DNA from: Candidatus Saccharimonadota bacterium
GTDB lineage: Bacteria > Patescibacteriota > Gracilibacteria > Absconditabacterales > Absconditicoccaceae
Assembly (NCBI GenBank): GCA_000503875.1
Contig: CP006913.1
Coordinates: forward strand, 450,001-482,000
Reading direction: 5' to 3'
Length of the DNA: 32,000 nt
Shown here in pieces: positions 21,966-31,009 of the stretch. The notes beneath the pieces are model-generated. The model did no database searches, was not told the origin of the DNA, and saw only the letters and a program-made list of their open reading frames with translations. The stretch's first letter is position 1. Each line of letters starts with the position of its first letter. Made by a program: the position numbers and the translations under genes.

Positions 21966-21994
21966 AATCCTCTAGAAAAATTCTCTAGAGGATT
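21966..21994. terminator. bidirectional intrinsic terminator
   Basis: Perfect 11-bp stem AATCCTCTAGA / TCTAGAGGATT with a 7-nt loop. An A-run lies upstream and a T-run downstream. Confidence 0.8.
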
Positions 21995-22156
21995 TTATCA
22001 AATAAAAATTTTAAAAGCAACCGTATACATACACATATAGAATATAATCATTACTATAGTTAGATATGTACCTCCATTTGGGAATCTATACCTATCAAAA
22101 AAAATAACATTTCCAGGTAATATAGGTTCACCCACTTGATACTTTTCTATTTTCAT
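21995..22156 (-). CDS. possible small membrane protein, 53 aa
   Basis: ATG at 22156-22154. The sequence is MKIEKYQVGEPILPGNVIFFDRYRFPNGGTYLTIVMIIFYMCMYTVAFKIFI[G], then TAA at 21997-21995 abutting the terminator. No other support. Confidence 0.25.
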
Positions 22157-22304
22157 TTTTTTTAAGTTTAGTTTTCTATTTTCACCTATAAGAAAATATA
22201 TATATAAATCAAGATATAAGCTATTTTTCAGTTGATTTTTCTTCTCAACTTCCTATATTTTTGACAAACAATAGTAAATTTTACTTCTTAATAATTCATT
22301 AAGA

Positions 22305-23399
22305 ATGTCTTTGTTACAATTTATCATCATCATAGCGGCGATAGTATTTATTCTCTTTGGGATAGATCTCTATAAACGCAAAAAGATGAACGTTTTACAC
22401 TTTATTGTATTTTTATGAGGTGGAGCAGCAGTTATCCTTTTTGCATTTAATCAAAATTTATTAAACACATTTTGACAATTTTTTGGATTAGCAAGAGGTG
22501 CTGATGTATTGGTATATGGTGCTATAATTTTGCTATTTTATTTTTATATAGAGCTCCTCAATCAACATACAAAAAATAAATATCAATTAACAAGACTTAT
22601 CTCTCGGAAAGCTATTAATGAAACATATAATAAAGAAAAAGATCATATAATAAATTTCCAAAATACTACAGAAAAAGACGATTTTATTTTTAATTTGAGA
22701 GTATATAATGAATGACAAGTAGTGTGATGAGTAATAGACGAAATCATCAATGCTGGCTTTTCAAAAATACTCGTTATTAACGATGGTTCACAAGATAATA
22801 CACAAGAAATTATTGAAGCTAAGCAAAAAGAATATTCAAATAAACTTATTATGATAGCTTCCCATGATATCAATAGAGGAGGAGGTGCAGCCAACCAAAC
22901 AGGATATAATTTCATAAAAAAATATGGGGATCTTTTGAAAATTAAATGGTTTGTAGGATATGATGCCGATGGACAAATGGATATAAATGATATGAATACT
23001 TTTATGAAAACAATGCATGAACACAAAGCTGATCTTTATATTGGATCGAGGTTTATAAAATGAGCAAAGACAGAAAATATGTCTCAAACAAGAAAAATAA
23101 TTCTATGGATTTCCAAATTAGTAACTAGAATATTTTATGGCTCGCAAGTCTCGGACCCTCACAGTTGATATAGAGTTATTAGTCTTTCATCTCTCAGAAA
23201 AATTGAATTATTGGCAGATGGAATGCACTACGCAAATGAACTCAACGAACAAATTCACAGAAATAAAATGAAATATAAAGAAGTGCCTATTACTGTTCGT
23301 TATACAGAATATAGTACAACTAAAGCACATAGACAAAAGAATTCCAATAGTATCAAACTTGGTTTAGAAATGATTTATAGAAAAATATTTTTTAGATAA
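22305..23399 (+). CDS. DUF2304-like membrane domain fused to family-2 glycosyltransferase
   Basis: One frame joins track ORFs 22509, 22851 and 23211 through TGA. The N-terminal ~115 aa form TM helices with the FGLARGADVLVYG pattern of DUF2304. Then come RVYNE[G]QVV[G][G]VIDEIINAGFSKILVINDGSQDNT, GYDADGQMD and SDPHS[G]YRV. Confidence 0.8.
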
Positions 23400-23426
23400 C
23401 AACCTTTAAATCTTTATTATAATAGA

Positions 23427-24671
23427 ATGATAGATCTCAAAAAAGTACGCGAAAATATCGAAGGATATAAAGCAATTTGCAAAAATAAAGGCAAAAATAT
23501 AGATGTAGAAGCAATTATTGCAAAAGATGACGAAAGAAAAAATTTACAAAAACAAATTGATGATCTTAAATTTCAACAAAAGAAATTTGGAGAAGAAAAA
23601 AAATATGACGAAGCAAAAGCACTTAAAACAGAAATCCAAGCTAAAGAAGAAACATACCAAACGATAGTAGAAGATCTAAATAAAGAACTTTTGAAAATGC
23701 CAAATACATCTATTCATCCAGATGCTCCAATTGGAAAAAACGATACAGAAAATGTAGTAATAAAAACTATTGGAGAACCTATTAAATTCTCTTTTGAAGC
23801 TAAAGACCATATGGAATTGATGAAAAAACACGATATGGTTGATGTTGAAAGAGGAGTGAAACTTGCTGGAGCAAGAAGTTATTTTCTCAAATGAGATGGA
23901 ATGATGCTTGAACAAGCTATTTTGCAATATACACTCAAAAAGTTGGTAGCAAAAGGATTTACACCTATGAATGTACCAAATATTGTTAATCCAGAAGCAC
24001 TTCAAGGAACTGGATATTTTCCTGGAGGAGAAGAAGATGCTTATTGGTTAGAAAGAGATAATCAATGGTTAATCGGAACATCTGAAATTCCAGTAACTGC
24101 TTATCATATGGATGAAGTTCTTAGTGAAGATGAACTTCCAAAAAGATATTGTGGATATTCTGCATGTTATCGTCGTGAAGCTGGTACTTATGGTAAAGAT
24201 ACAGCAGGATTGTATAGAGTTCATCAGTTTATGAAAGTAGAACAAGTCGTTATTTTGCCAGAAGATATTGCAATGTCTGATGAATTTCACAGACAAATTT
24301 TACAAAATGCTATGGAAATAATAGATGATATCAAGGTTCCTTACCGTGTACTTCAATTATGTACAGGAGATATGGCAATTGGAAAGTATAATTCACAAGA
24401 TTTAGAATGTTGGATGCCATCACGTGATGGATACGGAGAAACACATTCAGTAACATCATTTTTGGACTTCCAAGCACGTAGATTAAATCTTCGTTATCGC
24501 GACAAAGAAGGTAAAATTAAATACTGTTATACGATGAATAATACTGCTATTGCTACTCCAAGATTTTTAATTGCAGTTATAGAAAATTATCAACAAGCTG
24601 ATGGTTCTATCAAAGTACCAGAAGTATTGGTTCCTTATATGGGTAAGGAATTTATAACAACTTGAAAATAA
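23427..24671 (+). CDS. serS: seryl-tRNA synthetase
   Basis: The sequence has an N-terminal coiled-coil arm, GARSYFLK[G]DG, TSEIPV, YSACYRREAGTYGKDTAGLYRVHQF and NNTAIATPR. It ends FITT[G]K then TAA at 24669-24671. Confidence 0.95.
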
Positions 24672-24719
24672 AGAAAAAATATCTATACACAAAAAGTAAA
24701 ACAAAAGTAATAAATAAAA

Positions 24720-24725
24720 AGGAGG
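24720..24725 (+). promoter_or_regulatory. Shine-Dalgarno AGGAGG for the first receiver gene
   Basis: AGGAGG lies 11 nt upstream of ATG 24737. Most genes in this window lack an obvious SD. Confidence 0.55.
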
Positions 24726-24736
24726 AGATTAAATAA

Positions 24737-25090
24737 ATGAGAGTATTGGTTGTAGACGATGATTCTACTAACATAATGTTGTTAGATAGAATTTTAAAAA
24801 GAATGGGTATCGTGGATATCGCTATTGCTGAAAACGGGAAAGAGGCTGTCGAAATATGTAAAGAAAATGATTTCAATACTATTCTTATGGATATTAGAAT
24901 GCCTATAATGGACGGTTTTGAAGCAACAAAAATCATCAAAGAAATGAAAGAAATAAATATTGTTGCTTTGACCACACACCCAATTGAAGATATTTATTCA
25001 CAATATAAAGAAGCTGGTTTTGATTATTATATTTCAAAACCAATAAAAGCTAATATATTAGAAGAATATTTTCAATTATTGAAAAATTAA
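24737..25090 (+). CDS. single-domain response regulator receiver (CheY-like), 117 aa
   Basis: The sequence contains MRVLVVDDD, ILMDIRMPIMDG and YISKPI, which give the acidic pocket, phospho-acceptor Asp and conserved Lys. Confidence 0.85.
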   Translation: MRVLVVDDDSTNIMLLDRILKRMGIVDIAIAENGKEAVEICKENDFNTILMDIRMPIMDGFEATKIIKEMKEINIVALTTHPIEDIYSQYKEAGFDYYISKPIKANILEEYFQLLKN

Positions 25091-25095
25091 TTAAG

Positions 25096-25123
25096 TCCCT
25101 AAGTTATTCTTAGGGATTTTTTT
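25096..25123 (+). terminator. intrinsic terminator (copy 1 of duplicated hairpin)
   Basis: TCCCTAAG-TTATT-CTTAGGGA followed by T7. Confidence 0.8.
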
Positions 25124-25209
25124 AACAAAAAATAATTATAAACTTGAAATTAATAAGAATATTAATAGAATGCAAATCGTTGTAAATCAAAAAATAAAAA
25201 TAAATAAAT

Positions 25210-25572
25210 ATGATGATATTAATTGTTGACGATGAATTTCCAAATAGACTTTTTATACAAAGATTACTTAAAGATTTGGGAATCCTGGATATTAAGATGG
25301 CAATCAATGGTAATGAAGCCGTAGAATTATGTAAACAGTATGATTTCGATATTATTTTCATGGATGTTAAAATGCCTATAATGAACGGTGTTGAAGCAAC
25401 TAGAATAATAAAAGAAATTAAAGAAAAAACTCCTCATATTGTAGGAGTAAGTAGCTTCCCTTTTGAAGATATCGAAAAGACATACAACGAAGAACCTAAA
25501 TTTAATGGTTACATTCCAAAACCGATTAATATAGGAACTTTAAGACAATATCTTGAAAAGTTGAAAAATTAA
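25210..25572 (+). CDS. single-domain response regulator receiver (CheY-like), 120 aa
   Basis: The sequence contains MMILIVDDE, IFMDVKMPIMNG and YIPKPI. It is roughly half identical to the upstream receiver. Confidence 0.85.
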   Translation: MMILIVDDEFPNRLFIQRLLKDLGILDIKMAINGNEAVELCKQYDFDIIFMDVKMPIMNGVEATRIIKEIKEKTPHIVGVSSFPFEDIEKTYNEEPKFNGYIPKPINIGTLRQYLEKLKN

Positions 25573-25577
25573 TGAAG

Positions 25578-25607
25578 ATTCCTAAGTTATTCTTAGGGAT
25601 TTTTATT
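25578..25607 (+). terminator. intrinsic terminator (copy 2 of duplicated hairpin)
   Basis: CCTAAG-TTATT-CTTAGG followed by a T-run. A 24-nt stretch CCTAAGTTATTCTTAGGGATTTTT is identical to copy 1. Confidence 0.75.
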
Positions 25608-25619
25608 TTATAAAAAAAT

Positions 25620-25692
25620 AGCTCAAGAGCGGGATTGAACCGCCGACCTCACCCTTACCATGGGTGTGCTCTACCGACTGAGCTACCTGAGC
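25620..25692 (-). tRNA. tRNA-Thr (anticodon GGU), CCA not encoded
   Basis: The reverse complement is GCTCAGG TA GCTC AGTCGGTA GAGC A CACCC ATGGTAA GGGTG AGGTC GGCGG TTCAATC CCGCT CTTGAGC T. It forms a full cloverleaf with GGT at positions 34-36. Confidence 0.9.
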
Positions 25693-25843
25693 ATATTTTT
25701 ATGCATAGTATACTTATAGATATAGAAAAGTTTTTCAAGTAAAACAAAAAACACCACTACTGTGGAGTCTTTGCTTGTTCCCGCAAAGCGGGAGAGTTGA
25801 CGGAACTGAGGGTATTCACTTGGTTGTTTATACTAGAGTGAAA

Positions 25844-25920
25844 TGGAGGCACCGATCGGATTCGAACCGATGAACCAAGGTTTTGCAGACCCGTCTATTG
25901 GACCACTCTAGCACGGTGCC
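25844..25920 (-). tRNA. tRNA-Cys (anticodon GCA), CCA encoded
   Basis: The reverse complement is GGCACCG TG CTAG AGTGGTCCA ATAG A CGGGT CTGCAAA ACCTT GGTTC ATCGG TTCGAAT CCGAT CGGTGCC T CCA. The anticodon is GCA. The discriminator is U73 and there is a 13:22 mismatch, both typical of tRNA-Cys. Confidence 0.9.
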
Positions 25921-25984
25921 ATATTGGCAACTGCGAAGATGACTATAATAATTTATACAAGAATTGCAAACTATTTTATTGAAA

Positions 25985-26449
25985 TTATATGTTTTTCATT
26001 CCCTTTATTTCTCTATCCATCTGTCTTTTAACATCTTTTTCTTTGAGGATCTGTTTTTTTTCTACCTTTCTCATAAGTCTCGCAACTCAAAGTTTGATTT
26101 TAATTCTTCAGCGTTTGCTAATAAATAATTCCAAAGGTAATAAAATAGTTCCAGAAACATCCAAAGCAGCAGACAGTTTAGCTAATTCTTTTTTATTTAC
26201 CAAAATTTTTCTTCTTCCTTTGGGTTGATAGCCAGGAACAAGTACATAAGAAGTTTTTTCATATAAAGGAACGTCCATTCCTACAATCCAAAGTTCTCTA
26301 TTATCTAATATTATAATCGAATCTTTAATATTTACATGACTTGTTTTTATAGATTTTACCTCACATCATTGAAGAACAAGTCCTGCTTCATATTCTTTTT
26401 CTATTGCATAATCATGAAAAGCCGCCCTATTTTTTGTAATAACTTTCAT
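25985..26449 (-). CDS. smpB: SsrA-binding protein SmpB
   Basis: The sequence is MKVITKNRAAFHDYAIEKEYEAGLVLQ[G]CEVKSIK...QPKGRRKILVNKKELAKL...GTILLPLELFISKR[G]RIKIKL[G]VARL. TAA at 25987-25985. Confidence 0.9.
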
Positions 26450-26667
26450 GACTTTTAGAAATAAATAAAACAAATTTTAATTATTAGAAACTTTATAATT
26501 AGAGCAATAAAAAGGACAAATAAAAGAAGAAAATCATCACCAAATCAACATAATCCGTAGCCAAAAAGCAGCAATACAAAGACTTCGTGACTTTCAACTA
26601 ATGACTCGATACTGCCTTGATGATTGATGAATTTTATTTGTTTTTTATTGCGAAGTAACGATTAGAT

Positions 26668-27762
26668 TTATTTATTCCAAACAATCTTAGTTCTAGCACC
26701 ACCAAATCTCATTGTGATATTAAGTATTTTTTGAGCAGAGGCAATGTTGGTTGATTCGAAATATCAAGGTCCCTTTTGCTCAAAGTCAGCAAGTTCTAAC
26801 TGTCATACAAGGTGTTTATATGTAAGTTTTACTCATACATCTTTTGGTAAATGAATCGTAATATCCGCCAAAGATGATTCTATATCCAAATTTTTGAGAG
26901 AAGATCCAACAACAATATCGGAAATCATTGCTCCAGCATGAACTTTAACAGTTTTAGCCAAAGTATCCGTAAGGTCTATTTTTTGAAGAGCCAAAAGATT
27001 TTTAACATACAAATATAATGGTTGTGTTGAAGTAACTCAAAGCGATATTATACTATAGTAATTTTGAAGTAAATTCAGATTTGTTTCTTCTTGAAAAGAA
27101 TAATATTGATAATTTCCTGTAGAACCTGAAAACACTAACAATTTTCTATCTGATCAATAATTTCATTCCAAGAAATTATCTGTTTTTTTACCAACAAAAG
27201 TAAGGTCACTCACCAAAGTGGTTAGATACATCTTGCTATATTGAGCAGTTGATGCGGAAGGATATGAAATATAAGAACCAAATTTTGTTTCAGTTGAAGG
27301 ATTGAGTGATGTATATACTCAGATAGTAAAAAATCACCCTACAACAACTAAAAACAAAAGCAGACCAAATATTTTTCCAAATAATCATCTATAACTCCAA
27401 ATAACTATCGAACTGAAAAGAATAAAAATAGGATATATCAAGTTTAGATTAAAACCATTGATATTAAGAGAAAATACATTCAAGGATTCCAATAACATCA
27501 AAAAGCCTATAACAACCAATGATAAAATTGTTAGTGTTCTGAAAAAGCCATGTACTCTTTGCTTTTTATAAACAATTTTTTCTATTATTTGTGGTTGTGA
27601 AGTCGTTCCTTGGAACAAAGGTTGTGGCGGAATGCCTGCTTGTCCAGCCGAAGTTTGTCTAATAAAAGACTCCAAAGATGTTGGATCGTGAGGTGGAGGA
27701 GTTTGTTCTGGTTGATTTGGTTGGATTGGTTGGATTGGTTGATTAGGTTGCATAGGATCCAT
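26668..27762 (-). CDS. membrane protein with Pro/Gln-rich N-terminus and beta-rich C-terminal domain, 364 aa
   Basis: Track ORF 27385-27762 continues through 11 in-frame TGA, and I checked every triplet, to TAA at 26670-26668. Two or three TM helices are followed by a C-terminal domain that may resemble LiaF/DUF4097 (weak impression only). Confidence 0.6.
27711..27755 (-). repeat. imperfect 9-bp tandem repeat x5 (encodes QPI/QPN units)
   Basis: Plus-strand units are GTTGATTTG, GTTGGATTG, GTTGGATTG, GTTGATTAG and GTTGCATAG. Confidence 0.8.
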
Positions 27763-27785
27763 ATTGAAATATTAAGGAATAAATA

Positions 27786-29285
27786 TTATAAGGTAATTTC
27801 TTCAGGTTTGATTCTTATTTGTTTCATATCATCTCTAGTTCTAAGAGTCACGGTTCCATCTTCCAAAGTCTGATGATCAATAGTTATACAGTAAGGAGTA
27901 CCGATTTCATCTTGTCTGCGATAACATTTTCCGATATTTCCACTATCATCGAATTCACACATATATTGTTTGCTCAACTTTTTATAGAGATTTTCTGCAA
28001 ATCCAACTATTTTTTCATCTTTTTTTAACAAAGGAATAATAGCAAATTTAATTGGTGCAACATTTTTATGGAATCTGGCAACAATTCTTGTTTGTTCTGC
28101 TCCGTTTCAATCCGTATATTTTTCTTCATCATAGGCATCAATCAAGGCTGTCAAAATAGCTCTTGTTAATCATCGACTTGGTTCTATACAATGAGGAACA
28201 TATCTTTTACCTGTATAAGGATCATTATATTGCATATCTTTACCAGAATGCTGCATATGTTGTTTCAAATCATAATCAGTCCTATAAGCAATACCTTGTA
28301 ATTCTCACCATCATCGTGGGAAAAGATATTCTACATCACAGGTTCCTTTACTATAAAAGCTCAATTCATCTTTATCATGATCTCTAAATCTCATATTTTC
28401 TTCTTTGATTCCTATCTCTTCTTTCCATCGTTTCTTACTCAAATTTTTCCAATCTTCAAATGCTGCTAATCCCACTTTTTCATCATTTTCTACAAAGTAT
28501 TCGATTTCCATTTGATAAAACTCTCTCACTCTAAACATAAAGTTACCTGGAGTGATTTCATTTCTAAATGATTTTCCTATTTGAGCAATTCCAAAAGGAA
28601 TTCTTGATCTCGTAGTATCCAAGATATTTCTAAAGTTAACGAAGATTCCTTGTGCAGTTTCTGGTCTCAAGTAAATATCTGTTCCCTCTCATTCTACGAT
28701 ACCTTGTTGCGTCTTGAACATCAGATTAAATTTCTTTGGTTCAGTTCGATCACATGATCAACATTTAGGACATTTTACTTTTTCTCAATTAAGAACAGCT
28801 GTTTGTTGCTCGAAAGTCCAAGCTTCTGGTGTTAGATTTTGAATTCAATATTTTTCTAAAAGATAATTTAATGCTGTTTTATCATTTTTTTCAAATTCTT
28901 TATCCATATTTTTTGATTCTCAATTTTTTGTTGCTGATAATTCTGAAACAAATTTTCTAGTTATATAATCTTCAATCAATTTATCAGCCCTTTCTCTACT
29001 TTTACATTTTTTACAATCAACCAATGGATCAGAGAAACCTCATACATGCCCACTAGCTTCCCATACTTTTGGATTCATCAAAATCTGACTATCAAGCCCT
29101 ATCACATCATCTTTTTCTTGAACAAAATATTTCCATCGAATATTTTCTATATTTCTTTTGATTTCTGTCCCATAAGGTCCTAGATCCCATGCATTTGCTA
29201 ACCCACCATAAATATCTGATCCTGGATACGCAAAACCCCTTCTTTTCGCCCACGCAACAATCGTGTCCAATGATTTCTCCATCAA
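27786..29285 (-). CDS. glyQS: glycyl-tRNA synthetase (dimeric GlyQS type)
   Basis: Three track fragments in one frame. The sequence reads [24 protein letters not shown][CGA]WKYFVQE (WWK in relatives), then GHV[G][26 protein letters not shown] and [12 protein letters not shown]. It also has LFP[CGA][G]W[G][13 protein letters not shown] and the anticodon-binding C-terminus. TAA at 27788-27786. Confidence 0.95.
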
Positions 29286-29360
29286 TACTATACATTAATA
29301 AGTAAACATACTGTTTTTGAATATATGAAACTCGTCCAAAGTTTCAAGACTAAGGTTACT

Positions 29361-29391
29361 TTAAAAAAAACCTACGAAGAAATCGTAGGTT
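29361..29391 (-). terminator. intrinsic terminator overlapping the last codons of the 141-aa gene
   Basis: On the minus strand: AACCTACGA-TTTCT-TCGTAGGTT followed by T8. The TAG stop lies inside the 3' arm. Confidence 0.8.
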
Positions 29392-29797
29392 CATCAGAAT
29401 CAATTATTTGAGGAGGATTGTTTCCATCTTTTAAATAAACTTTATCGTCCTGTATCCAAGTAGAAAAAATTTTGATTGATTTATCCATATCCATATCCAT
29501 ATCCAAATCTTGTAATGTTTCTTTGAGAATACCTCTAGGCATTCCCTGTGAAGAAATATGAATATGTGGATAATGTTTTTCTATTTTAGATGAAAACATT
29601 TTTTTGAAGTCTTGAGCTTTAGTACTTTCTTTTTTTCGATTATTTATATCCAACACATTTGACCAAACAAAAGCACCTTGTCCTACTTTTTCTGCATGAT
29701 TATTTAATTCAACAGAAGATTCTATATTGAATATTTTTTCTGTCCAAATATCAACGATACGCTGAATATTTTTGGATTTGTTATTTTTTGTATTCAT
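29372..29797 (-). CDS. hypothetical protein, 141 aa
   Basis: Uninterrupted ATG ORF with its own terminator. It contains a DMDMDMD run encoded by a hexanucleotide repeat. Confidence 0.55.
   Translation of the reverse strand: MNTKNNKSKNIQRIVDIWTEKIFNIESSVELNNHAEKVGQGAFVWSNVLDINNRKKESTKAQDFKKMFSSKIEKHYPHIHISSQGMPRGILKETLQDLDMDMDMDKSIKIFSTWIQDDKVYLKDGNNPPQIIDSDEPTISS
29483..29506 (-). repeat. hexanucleotide repeat ATCCAT x3 plus ATCCAA
   Basis: The direct tandem repeat is seen on the plus strand. It encodes DMDMDMD in frame. Confidence 0.8.
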
Positions 29798-30035
29798 ATT
29801 AGTTTTTTTTAGGTTTTCACCATATTAAATAAATAGATGCTTTTTTCAATGAAAAACCAATGTTTTAAAATACAAATTTTATCTATTAAAAAAAGTAAGT
29901 AAAAATTTGTTTATATTTTGATTACTAAATGAATCTACAAGAAATTGCATTTAGATAATCAATTATACTTTAGTATAAATTTCACAAATTAAAAATCTTT
30001 ATTAAAATTTGTTTATAAATTTTCTTTGCGAAAAT

Positions 30036-30063
30036 TTGCTTTTAAAATAATCCTCGTTATACT
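30036..30063 (+). promoter_or_regulatory. candidate promoter TTGCTT-N16-TATACT for the non-coding island
   Basis: TTGCTT at 30036-30041 and TATACT at 30058-30063. The predicted start is near 30070. Confidence 0.4.
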
Positions 30064-30069
30064 TTATAC

Positions 30070-30434
30070 GAAAGAATGAATGTAAGGATATCGGAATATT
30101 GTATATATACTACTAATTCCCTGATATTATCTACAAATAGGATGGCCACCCAAAACAAAAACAAAATCTAATACTATTTACCCCTTAGACAGTGGCGCCA
30201 ACATTTTATTTCCCTGGATATTATTCATAATTACGTATTATGTATGTGGTCAAAATCTGATTATCTCCACCAGTGAGATAGGCATCGCTTGCAACACATT
30301 GCTTTCATGTAAAATTTGTTATCTGCACGGTAATCCAAACCCAAGGATTAAGAAAGTGTATCAGTATCTGGTACCACCACAAGACATCAAATTTTCTATT
30401 AGACCGTAGCGTTATTGGACCTACGGTCTTTTTT
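30070..30434 (+). ncRNA. candidate structured non-coding RNA of unknown family (~365 nt)
   Basis: No ORF is possible on either strand, even with TGA as sense. GC is about 40% in three 60-nt blocks I counted, against about 17% in the flanking spacer. GAAAGAATGAATG (30070-30082) can pair with CATCAAATTTTC (30385-30396). There are several internal hairpins, for example 30086-30131, 30226-30242 and 30291-30302. It ends in the strong terminator at 30401-30434. Confidence 0.4.
30401..30434 (+). terminator. intrinsic terminator ending the non-coding island
   Basis: AGACCGTAG / CTACGGTCT 9-bp stem with an 11-nt loop, followed by T6. Confidence 0.8.
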
Positions 30435-30501
30435 GTTGATTTGAAAAGAAAAATAGATAAATAGAACATAGCCACTATTTATATACCTAACCAATGTAAA
30501 A

Positions 30502-30945
30502 ATGTGTATATTTTGCAAAATTATTTCAGGAGAAATACCGTCTTACAAGATATGGGAAAACGATAAATTTATAGCAATTCTCGATATTTTTCCAAATTGT
30601 AAGGGACAAACATTATTGATTCCCAAAAAACATTATGAATCAGATTTATTTAATATTCATGACAAAGAACTCTATAAAGATGTTATTCTTGCTACTGATG
30701 ATGTAGTCCAACTTCTAAAAGCAAAACTTAACGTACAGAGAGTAGGAATGATTATGGAAGGAATGGGTGTAAATCATCTCCATATCAAACTTTATCCTAT
30801 GCATGGAATAGAAGAAGACTGGAAACAAAATATTTGATGAGAACAAGTATTTTTCGAAGAATATCCAGGATATCTCACGACAGAAATAGGTGAACAAGCC
30901 GACTTCCAAGATCTAGCCAATATCCAAAGACAAATAAAAGAGTAG
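30502..30945 (+). CDS. HIT-family hydrolase
   Basis: The sequence begins MCIFCKIISGEIPSYKIWENDKFIAILDIFP and has the histidine-triad region GVNHLHIKLYP. It reads through a TGA TGA pair (30835-30840). TAG stop at 30943-30945. Confidence 0.85.
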
Positions 30946-30973
30946 TTGACTTTTATGTATAAATGGTTATATA
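30946..30973 (+). promoter_or_regulatory. candidate promoter TTGACT-N16-TATATA
   Basis: TTGACT at 30946-30951 and TATATA at 30968-30973, about 37 nt upstream of ATG 31010. Confidence 0.45.
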
Positions 30974-31009
30974 TTGGTTTGTTCTATGTTTTATATATAA
31001 TAGATAAAA

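Noticed and set aside
22643-25361. Minus-strand ORFs 22643-23026, 22836-23087, 23676-24005, 24069-24296, 24652-24975, 24794-24979 and 25122-25361.
   Set aside because: All are antisense shadows of the glycosyltransferase, serS and the two receiver genes, which have clear family motifs on the plus strand.
25096-25607. The repeated 24-nt hairpin sequence as a CRISPR-like or MITE-like repeat.
   Set aside because: There are only two copies. Each sits exactly at the 3' end of a paralogous receiver gene and has a T-tail. This is explained by tandem duplication of gene plus terminator.
25693-25843. The inter-tRNA spacer as a 4.5S/SRP RNA.
   Set aside because: The apical hairpin has a 3-nt loop rather than a GNRA tetraloop. 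The flanks do not reproduce the conserved symmetric-loop sequence (AGG.../...AGCAGC). The 5' and 3' arms do not pair into a long hairpin.
25989-26228. A 79-aa plus-strand ORF.
   Set aside because: It is antisense to smpB, which is recovered intact on the minus strand (25985-26449). Similar antisense or out-of-frame ORFs were rejected for the same reason: 1062-1271, 2621-2818, 3225-3446, 4944-5129, 6869-7084, 13307-13516, 13957-14274, 17621-17833, 17906-18103, 19298-19501, 19723-19905, 20456-20668, 27610-27873, 27819-28028, 28163-28387, 29107-29295 and 30715-30909.
30369-30379. GGTACCACC is the reverse complement of GGTGGTACC, the core of the T-box riboswitch sequence. glyQS, the classic T-box-regulated gene, lies on the minus strand nearby.
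   Set aside because: For a minus-strand T-box, Stem I and the specifier loop would have to lie at higher coordinates, inside the HIT gene region. No U-tailed terminator follows the motif on the minus strand. An independent gene with its own terminator separates this site from glyQS.
30070-30434. Assigning the non-coding island to RNase P RNA or to tmRNA (smpB is close by).
   Set aside because: The near-universal GGAAAGUCC (P4) motif is absent on both strands. There is no GTTCRANYC T-arm, no G-U-containing acceptor stem and no tag ORF. I therefore kept it only as an unassigned candidate, with a divergent rnpB as an open possibility.
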